From positions 23,549 to 87,548 of the IMG/VR virus record IMGVR_UViG_3300042898_002521: DNA of 64,000 nt; one strand, written 5' to 3'. The notes under the pieces were generated by a model. The model saw only the letters and a list, made by a program, of their open reading frames with translations, was not told where the DNA came from and made no database searches. Every line of letters begins with the position of its first letter. The stretch's first letter is position 1. The DNA is from a virus. This document shows positions 57,740 to 64,000 of this stretch, in pieces. The translations under genes and the position numbers were made by a program.

Positions 57740-58072
57740 TTAGCTAAGGTGGTGGTCTGGAGTGATTGTAGTGCCATCTTCATCGTAAAGAATCTCTTCA
57801 GCTTTTTCAGCAAGTTCTGCTATAGATACTGCGGCTACTTCTTCATCTTTAATTTTAGAAAACGCTGAATTAATCTCAGAATCAGTTAGATTGCCATCTT
57901 TAAGGAAGGCCCGCGCCAGGTCTTCAGCCACTACGGCTACTGCCATAATTGCAGCAAGTGCCGCAGTTTTCCAAGTTTCAAGACCTATAATTGAACCAGC
58001 ACCAATTGTACCAAGTGATGTTGCAATTATTACTGCAATCATTCTTGTAGAGATATTTTTTACTTTTTTCAT
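57740..58072 (-). CDS. Two-TM membrane protein (holin candidate)
   Basis: Two hydrophobic helices, then DG.LT..EIN.AF. Confidence 0.6.
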   Translation of the reverse strand: MKKVKNISTRMIAVIIATSLGTIGAGSIIGLETWKTAALAAIMAVAVVAEDLARAFLKDGNLTDSEINSAFSKIKDEEVAAVSIAELAEKAEEILYDEDGTTITPDHHLS

Positions 58073-58090
58073 TTTATACCTTTCCTAAGG

Positions 58091-58324
58091 TTATTGTTCG
58101 TCTACGTGCTGTTCAAACTTGCCTTCAAGTTTGCTCAGTTTTAGTTCTATACGGTTAACAGCATCTCTCATGCTCGAACCGCCATTTGGCCTGTATTGCT
58201 CTTCTAGTTTTTCTAAACGAGCGGTAATTTTGTTAAAAAATTTTAATCCGCCATAAATAATGGCTGATATTTGAATTGCTGCAATTAATATTGCAAGCAA
58301 GGAACTAAGAGTGTCAGTTGACAT
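58091..58324 (-). CDS. Membrane protein with PNGGSSMRDAV motif
   Basis: N-terminal TM, coiled coil; start moved to ATG 58324. Confidence 0.7.
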   Translation of the reverse strand: MSTDTLSSLLAILIAAIQISAIIYGGLKFFNKITARLEKLEEQYRPNGGSSMRDAVNRIELKLSKLEGKFEQHVDEQ

Positions 58325-58432
58325 AAATTGGGTACCCCACGGGTGACTAGTTACAAAACAAGTCCGTAAGGTTGTACGAATAAAGCCACTACTAATAGTT
58401 TTACATAAAATGCTTTTTTTGTCCGCCACAAC

Positions 58433-58461
58433 TTGCTTTTGTCAGCGTCTTGGTGTACCTT
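58433..58461 (+). promoter_or_regulatory. whiB promoter TTGCTT-N17-TACCTT containing the GTCAG-N10 element
   Basis: Read directly; GGAG RBS before ATG 58490. Confidence 0.65.
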
Positions 58462-58489
58462 TTTACTACACGAGCTTATGGAGAACTAG

Positions 58490-58804
58490 ATGGCTACTGC
58501 CCCGTATTTTGATGGAACTCAACCTTGTATGAAAACTGATCCCGAAGTATTTTTTCCTGAATTGCCTACAAGACCCAACTCAGAAGACAAACGTTATTAC
58601 AGCATACTTGTAGAGCAAGCAAAGTCTATTTGCAATTCTTGCCCGTTTAACGTTGAGTGCCTACAGTATGCGCTGTACAACGATGTTACGGGAGTTTGGG
58701 GCGGTACCGTAGATAGTGATAGACGAGCCATCCGTAAGACTAGAAATATTTTACCCCCTAAACCAATGTCTTTAGTTACAGCCGCTTGGGTTAAGGGCAA
58801 ATAA
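58490..58804 (+). CDS. whiB: WhiB-family transcription factor (only credible plus-strand gene)
   Basis: C..TDPEVFFP, AKSICNSC....EC..YAL, GVWGG. Confidence 0.95.
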   Translation: MATAPYFDGTQPCMKTDPEVFFPELPTRPNSEDKRYYSILVEQAKSICNSCPFNVECLQYALYNDVTGVWGGTVDSDRRAIRKTRNILPPKPMSLVTAAWVKGK

Positions 58805-58832
58805 AAAAGCCCCCCTTGCGGGGGGCCTTTCT
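58804..58832. terminator. Bidirectional intrinsic terminator
   Basis: AAAAAGCCCCC-TTGC-GGGGGCCTTT between convergent genes. Confidence 0.8.
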
Positions 58833-58842
58833 ATTTTGGTAC

Positions 58843-60762
58843 TTAGATGCCGTAGTTGCGGGTAAACCCAACAACAGTAGCAGTTGTAGCGCCAGCCGCT
58901 GGAGACTGGGCAGAAACAACTGTGTTCTTTGGACGGAATACCAATGCAGTAGCGCCAACAGTTCCTGTGCAACCAGATGCCAAAACCGTAAAGCTAACAG
59001 TGCTTGGTACTGCGGAAACAACTGCGTCACCAACGTTAAGCGTGGTATTGGAAGAACCGCTCAAGTTAACAGTATCGCCAACCGATAGGTTGTGTGCGGT
59101 ACCTGAAGTAACTGTAAGGGTTGTAGCCGTTGTAGCAACCGTAGTAGCAGTAATATCAGATGAGAACTGGACAAAACCAGGTGTCTGACCAGCAGCGCGA
59201 ATCCTTTGGATAGCGTTAGTGGTAGTAAGACCAATGATATTAGGTGTTGTGTAGCTTTCGGTGAAGCCAGGGTAGCCACGCTCTGAGTTTGTAACTCGGT
59301 CATGGTCATCCAAGGATGGATCAAGCTGACCTGATGGGTAAGCGTAGGTTGAAGCCCAAGCCTTGTCACCAGCAACAATAGCAGTACCTGTGAAAGTACC
59401 ACTATTTTTAACAACCTGACCAACAGCGGTTACAGCAGTAGTTGTAGTGTTAGCAATTGCAAACGCATTTGCAGCCAAACCAGCGCTAATAACTGTTCCG
59501 TTTACTACGTTGTATCCCGCTGGAGCCATACCAGTAATAGCTACCTTGTCACCAGAAGCTAAGCCATGTGCTGTTTCGGAGTAGTACAGAACGTTAGTTC
59601 CGTCACCAACTGCGCCACTGCCTGATGTGCCAGAAACCTCAGTAATTTTAAAAGACGGAGCGTTTATAGAGAAGGTTTTTGAATCAACAGCAGTTACAAC
59701 ACCAGCAATATTGTAAGCGCCATTGCTTGCGCCAGCAATTGCAATGTTTTCACCTGAGGTTAAGCCGTGTGCTTGCTGAGTTACATACTGGTTTCCTGTG
59801 GAAGCCGAGAACGTAATAACAGCAGCGGATGCAACAGAAGTTGATAGTGCAGGGTTAACAGTAACTGTACCTGAACCAATTGCAGTAATAACTGTTCCAG
59901 CAAGGACAGTTGCTACAGTTGCGCTAACGCCCATACCAACAACAAGACCTGAAGTTGAGGTAATTGCAAGGGATGTAGCAGCAGCGGCAGCAGTTGCAGT
60001 TGTTGTTGAGGTTGAGCCTGCGTAAGCAACAGCGCCAACAGCGGATGAGATTACCTTGGCTCCACCAATAGTAGCTTGAGTTACAATAGCGCCGTTAGCA
60101 AAAGACGTAACAGCATCAGTGTTTGTGCTATTGAATACAACTGTAGTTGAGGTTGTGGAAGCAATTGTATTGTCACCATTGTATGTGTCTGAGTTGTAAG
60201 AACCTGACTTAATACCTTGAATTGATACACGCTGACCTGCTACAAGACCGTGGCCTGAAGCAACAGTGAATGTAACTTGACTACCATTAGCAGAAACGGC
60301 TGTGATAGCAACGTTTGCGGCACGGTCTTCATTGTTCTGAATTGGGAACGAATTGCCCCATGCTCGATCAACTACAACGTTAGTAATAGCGCTAGTTGGT
60401 AACCAGGTGTTACCATACGGTGAGTTTGAAACAAGCGCAGACTGGGTTACAAAACCAGCAACAGCTGAAGATGCGGTAGCAACTACGGCTGGAATGTTAA
60501 CAGTAAATACTGTTGAGCTAGTTACGGAAGCAACCACGGCTGGAGTACCAGCACCTGTTGCTGAGTCTGGGTCATAGTTAAGCCAAGCGTTTGAAAAACC
60601 GTTAGCTACAACTGGCTGACCAACTTTAAGATTGTGAGCAGAAGCCGTGGTGTAAGTAATTACAGCTGCTGTTGTGTTATTAGTAGCAGTTGCAGCAATT
60701 CGCTGCGCTGGGTCTACTACTGGGGGGGTGCTCGTTGTGTACGAGCCTGTATCGCGTGCCAT
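58843..60762 (-). CDS. Ala/Thr-rich putative virion protein with repeated HxLxxG beta modules and a split PASTA-like domain
   Basis: AHNLKVG, GHGLVAG, AHGLTSG, AHGLASG, AHNLSVG repeats; PNIIGL...A...AAG and SAQSPAAG. Confidence 0.7.
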   Translation of the reverse strand: MARDTGSYTTSTPPVVDPAQRIAATATNNTTAAVITYTTASAHNLKVGQPVVANGFSNAWLNYDPDSATGAGTPAVVASVTSSTVFTVNIPAVVATASSAVAGFVTQSALVSNSPYGNTWLPTSAITNVVVDRAWGNSFPIQNNEDRAANVAITAVSANGSQVTFTVASGHGLVAGQRVSIQGIKSGSYNSDTYNGDNTIASTTSTTVVFNSTNTDAVTSFANGAIVTQATIGGAKVISSAVGAVAYAGSTSTTTATAAAAATSLAITSTSGLVVGMGVSATVATVLAGTVITAIGSGTVTVNPALSTSVASAAVITFSASTGNQYVTQQAHGLTSGENIAIAGASNGAYNIAGVVTAVDSKTFSINAPSFKITEVSGTSGSGAVGDGTNVLYYSETAHGLASGDKVAITGMAPAGYNVVNGTVISAGLAANAFAIANTTTTAVTAVGQVVKNSGTFTGTAIVAGDKAWASTYAYPSGQLDPSLDDHDRVTNSERGYPGFTESYTTPNIIGLTTTNAIQRIRAAGQTPGFVQFSSDITATTVATTATTLTVTSGTAHNLSVGDTVNLSGSSNTTLNVGDAVVSAVPSTVSFTVLASGCTGTVGATALVFRPKNTVVSAQSPAAGATTATVVGFTRNYGI

Positions 60763-60918
60763 GGGGCATCCTTAGGGTTGAAGGGTTTTATTAGGTGCTT
60801 GACGGAGACTATGGCCTACACAAACTTTAAAGGTATCAAGCAACAGATATTAGACCTACAACCGCTCTGATGTCAGCCATACCAGTTTAACTTAGAACAA
60901 AGTAGGCAACTGCCTAAA

Positions 60919-61152
60919 CTATTTACCCTTTGGATGGGGATTTTTCTTATGCCAATCCTTAGTAGCTTTTACACCAGACTTGACGGTTTTAACCCCAGCT
61001 TTATCGGTCAAATTAATCTTGTCGTATTTGCCGTTCTCTTTTTTAGAGCCCGCATGGTTAACAACTACGTCACCATCTTTTTCTTTATAGACACGGTGAA
61101 CTTTACCAGATACCTTAAGAGTTGCTGGAATTTCCCTTTTTTTAGCAGCCAT
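60919..61152 (-). CDS. Small basic protein
   Basis: 77 aa, Lys-rich, TAATG coupling. Confidence 0.7.
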   Translation of the reverse strand: MAAKKREIPATLKVSGKVHRVYKEKDGDVVVNHAGSKKENGKYDKINLTDKAGVKTVKSGVKATKDWHKKNPHPKGK

Positions 61153-61313
61153 TACTTTTTCTTTTTCTTGGCAGCATTCATGTTGTCTACCAGATTAGGG
61201 TATGGACGACCAGCGGCTTTAGCAGCAGCTTTAGCAGCAGACTTCTTCTTAGGAGTAAGTTTTTTATCTTTTTTAGATGGGTCTGGAGTATCCCAAACTT
61301 CTTTTTTAGCCAT
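61152..61313 (-). CDS. 53-aa Lys/Ala-rich protein (not in ORF track)
   Basis: MAKKEVWDTPDP...AAKAAGRPYPNLVDNMNAAKKKKK; TAATG at both ends. Confidence 0.75.
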   Translation of the reverse strand: MAKKEVWDTPDPSKKDKKLTPKKKSAAKAAAKAAGRPYPNLVDNMNAAKKKKK

Positions 61314-61582
61314 TACCATTTCACCTTATTTGCCCAGTAAGCCGCAGACATTTTGCCTTTGGAAATATTTTTTGCGTGACGTGCTTTAAATGAGTCATTG
61401 CGTGCAGAGCCTTCAGGAGAACCTTTTACGCCCTGTTGACCAAAGCGGATAGTCTTAACCTGGTCGCCTTCTTTAGCTACTACAATGTGTGATTTTTTTG
61501 GGTGATCAGGGGTAGCCTTAGGCTTATTAAATCCTGATACTCCTGCACGTGCTAGACGTGGGTCTTTCTTACTTTCAGCCAT
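61313..61582 (-). CDS. Small basic phage protein
   Basis: NKPK.TP.HPKKSH.V.AK.G...K.IRFGQQG...SFKARH...SAAYWA. Confidence 0.8.
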   Translation of the reverse strand: MAESKKDPRLARAGVSGFNKPKATPDHPKKSHIVVAKEGDQVKTIRFGQQGVKGSPEGSARNDSFKARHAKNISKGKMSAAYWANKVKW

Positions 61583-61591
61583 TTGTTGCTC

Positions 61592-61753
61592 CTAGTTGCT
61601 ACTTTCGCCGTTTGGCCCTTTTCCTGGGCTACTGTATGAGAATACCGAAGGTACCTCATTATTTTGTGGAAACTTGCGTAATCCAAAACGAGAATCTTTA
61701 ATTGTTAGAGACCTTGGTACAGCCCCTGTAAAGGCCTTTGTACGGGCGTTCAC
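61592..61753 (-). CDS. 53-aa hypothetical protein
   Basis: GTG start overlapping the upstream TGA; fills the gap. Confidence 0.55.
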   Translation of the reverse strand: MNARTKAFTGAVPRSLTIKDSRFGLRKFPQNNEVPSVFSYSSPGKGPNGESSN

Positions 61754-61938
61754 GGGCTCCACCTACCCCATTGAGTAGAATCTGTAACAACGCCTCTAAT
61801 GCCCCCTGTGACCTTTGTAATGGCCTCTCTGAAATCGCGGTTGCTAGCAGAGCGAGCATTAATTTGAAAACGCTGCATTGACTGCGATTCCAACGTTGAG
61901 TAAGGCTGTGGAATGCCTTTAGGCTTTTTAGTTGCCAT
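61750..61938 (-). CDS. 62-aa hypothetical protein
   Basis: Start moved to ATG 61938 (MATKKPK). Confidence 0.6.
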   Translation of the reverse strand: MATKKPKGIPQPYSTLESQSMQRFQINARSASNRDFREAITKVTGGIRGVVTDSTQWGRWSP

Positions 61939-62653
61939 GCCGCTGTACAGATTGTTGCTGTTCAAAATTGTCTTTAGGTCCAACATTTTCTTCAAAACTA
62001 TTATTTGTAGGATTGCGTCTAGTCCAACCCACACTAGTAATTTGACCGTTATCACCAATGGTGCTGTTTTCTGAAGTAAGGGTAGGAATGTTTGCAAGAG
62101 GGTATTCTTTACCTTCTTCGTCTTCTGGGTCTTTGTAAACACCTAAAAAGGTTTGGCGCATTTGTTGTCCTTGTGCATGTGATTTTTCTTCTGGCTTACG
62201 GACAGGGAGAGTGTATCCGCCAGTTTGAGTCTCAACTCCAGCTGCAGTACGTCCTTTGTAAGCAATTTCTCCCAAACGGTTGCCGTTTTCATCTTCGTAC
62301 ACAGAAGCTTCACGAGCAGCTTTAATTGTATTAGTAATATGCTCTGGTGCCTGGGCAGAGTGCCAATCAAGAATATCTGCGTTTTGGGTGGCTTCTCCGC
62401 GCTTTAAGTCTGAGCCGTATTCCATTTCTTCACGCTTAAGTTTTGAACGATGAGAAGCTAAAATAGCCTCATTTTCATACATTGCTTTTTGTAGTTTATC
62501 TTTTTGCTTAAACTGTCGTCCTTGAGAGATGCCTCTACGAAGGTTGCGTGTACCGCGTACCGCCATGCCACCAAGGAAGTTGTGGCTACCCATCATATTT
62601 CCTTGAGTATTACCAGCAATACCAAGCGCTGCATTTGTTTCTATATCAGGCAT
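61928..62653 (-). CDS. Hypothetical protein
   Basis: 241-aa ORF, TAATG coupling. Confidence 0.7.
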   Translation of the reverse strand: MPDIETNAALGIAGNTQGNMMGSHNFLGGMAVRGTRNLRRGISQGRQFKQKDKLQKAMYENEAILASHRSKLKREEMEYGSDLKRGEATQNADILDWHSAQAPEHITNTIKAAREASVYEDENGNRLGEIAYKGRTAAGVETQTGGYTLPVRKPEEKSHAQGQQMRQTFLGVYKDPEDEEGKEYPLANIPTLTSENSTIGDNGQITSVGWTRRNPTNNSFEENVGPKDNFEQQQSVQRHGN

Positions 62654-62949
62654 TATTTTTTAGTATCCTTTTTCCCTGCACGACGCTTATTTTCTTTAGC
62701 GACATTTTTTGAATGGCTCATTGCTTGAAGATTTTTTTGACCATCGTGACCTTTACGACCACCATTGTCTTTATGGTCAACATCAGTATCTTTAGATAAT
62801 TTACCGTGCTTGTCCTCATAGTCAACGCGGGCTTTATTGCTAGAAGTTGTTTCCCATTTACCGTTTACTTTCTTTTTATAAACGTAAATAGGCCTTCCAC
62901 CATTTTGCGATGAACCTTTATACGGACCAAACTTTTTAACTTCAGACAT
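62653..62949 (-). CDS. HNH endonuclease
   Basis: DVDHKD...NLQAMSHSKN. Confidence 0.75.
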   Translation of the reverse strand: MSEVKKFGPYKGSSQNGGRPIYVYKKKVNGKWETTSSNKARVDYEDKHGKLSKDTDVDHKDNGGRKGHDGQKNLQAMSHSKNVAKENKRRAGKKDTKK

Positions 62950-62951
62950 AG

Positions 62952-63734
62952 TTAAATACTACCAATTTTTGTATTAGTACTTGGGGTAGTACTGAAAAAA
63001 CTTTTAGGAGGTTGTATTCGAGAAACTCTACCTACTCCAGAAGAAACTCTTCTAGTCTGCCGCATTGCAGGCTGATTTAATGCACTAAGGTTTACTTGTT
63101 GGCCTAAAAACCCTGAAACTCCAGACTGACCAGTAGAAAATGATGAAGACCTTGAACCATTTGAAGTAGCGGTTGATCTATCAAATTCAGTGATATCTCC
63201 CCAGCTTCCTTCTTTTCCACCCCATTGACCTTTAGGAAAAACTGCGTTAGGAAAAGCGACGTTTGCAGGTACTACTTTTCCATCTTTACGGAATTCATAG
63301 CTAATATGAGAACCACTAGGAGAGTTACCTGATGCACCCATTGTTCCAAAAGCTGTACTTGAGTCAACTGTGTCTCCAGGTTTAACTGAATAATCATTTA
63401 AATGGTTATAAGCTACTTGAGCATCGCCGTAATCAATAACTACTTGGTTACCAGCACCTTTATTGCTTGATTGTACAGAGGAGACTTTGCCATTACCATA
63501 AATGCTAGTAATAGGTGAGCCAGCTTTACCCCAGCTATCGTAACTGAGGTCAACACCGTACTTATGATTAGTGCGAGCTCCAGGTTGATCTTCACGACCA
63601 AACCCAGATTTAATACCAGAACCAGCAACATTAATTATTGCGGGGGTTTGACCAGCAACATTAACTACATTTGAAGTTTTAGCTGGTTTTGGCTCTTCTT
63701 TAGGTTTTTTTGATTTATCTACCGATGCTTTCAT
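62952..63734 (-). CDS. M23 peptidase-like protein with degenerate zinc motifs
   Basis: HKYGVD, GN.V.I, YNHL, G.MG.SG.S..SHISYE. Confidence 0.75.
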   Translation of the reverse strand: MKASVDKSKKPKEEPKPAKTSNVVNVAGQTPAIINVAGSGIKSGFGREDQPGARTNHKYGVDLSYDSWGKAGSPITSIYGNGKVSSVQSSNKGAGNQVVIDYGDAQVAYNHLNDYSVKPGDTVDSSTAFGTMGASGNSPSGSHISYEFRKDGKVVPANVAFPNAVFPKGQWGGKEGSWGDITEFDRSTATSNGSRSSSFSTGQSGVSGFLGQQVNLSALNQPAMRQTRRVSSGVGRVSRIQPPKSFFSTTPSTNTKIGSI

Positions 63735-64000
63735 TAAAACTTTGTATTTCTAGTAGGAGGTGTAATACCAACAGAATTAGTAGACCCAACAGAGCTAGAA
63801 GAAAATGGTTTTGAAGAAAACGACTTAGATGGGGATGGAAAAGTTTTAAACGGTGAGGACATTTTTTTCATTCCACGATTAATGCCTGGAGCAACTAAAC
63901 TAGCTAAGTTAACAAACTGCCCACCTGAAAAACCAGTACTAGCATTGCTAGCAGTGCCGCCTACCGAGTTAGCGCTGGTAGAAGGAGTCGTAGAAGGAGT
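63734..64000 (-). CDS. 3' end of a Ser/Thr-rich protein, start outside the window
   Basis: Open frame to TAA at 63734; TAATG-coupled to the next gene. Confidence 0.6.
   Translation of the reverse strand, partial: TPSTTPSTSANSVGGTASNASTGFSGGQFVNLASLVAPGINRGMKKMSSPFKTFPSPSKSFSSKPFSSSSVGSTNSVGITPPTRNTKF

Overview
This window is an internal 64 kb segment of a large contractile-tailed (myovirus-type) dsDNA phage. Its host is probably an actinobacterium; two WhiB genes, many leaderless promoters and roughly 40% GC (estimated by eye) point to a low-GC freshwater lineage. Nearly every gene is on the minus strand, the one credible exception being a whiB. In transcription order (right to left) it contains: small basic proteins, an M23 peptidase and an HNH nuclease; terminase, portal, scaffold and an N4-gp56-type major capsid protein; neck protein, collagen-like fibre and glycosyltransferase; sheath, tube, chaperones, tape measure, baseplate and fibres; replication genes (initiator, DnaC-like loader, DnaB, primase, SNF2 helicase, SSB, PolA); recombination genes (RecA, two resolvases, Cas4-like nuclease); SpoVS; a metallophosphoesterase; and small hypothetical proteins. 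The most interesting signals are non-coding and concern translation. (1) A 79-nt mini-tmRNA made only of the alanine-accepting tRNA-like domain lies in tandem with tRNA-Asn. (2) Two related long hairpins display anti-Shine-Dalgarno loops, one carrying CCUCCUUUCU, the 3' tail of actinobacterial 16S rRNA. (3) A likely +1 frameshift (UUU_CGC) occurs in the tail chaperone. (4) Many phage genes are leaderless or TAATG-coupled. Other notable signals are a PPDRGSDPxRR peptide shared by four small proteins and a GTCAG-N10-TANNNT promoter class. All calls were made by eye; no searches were run.
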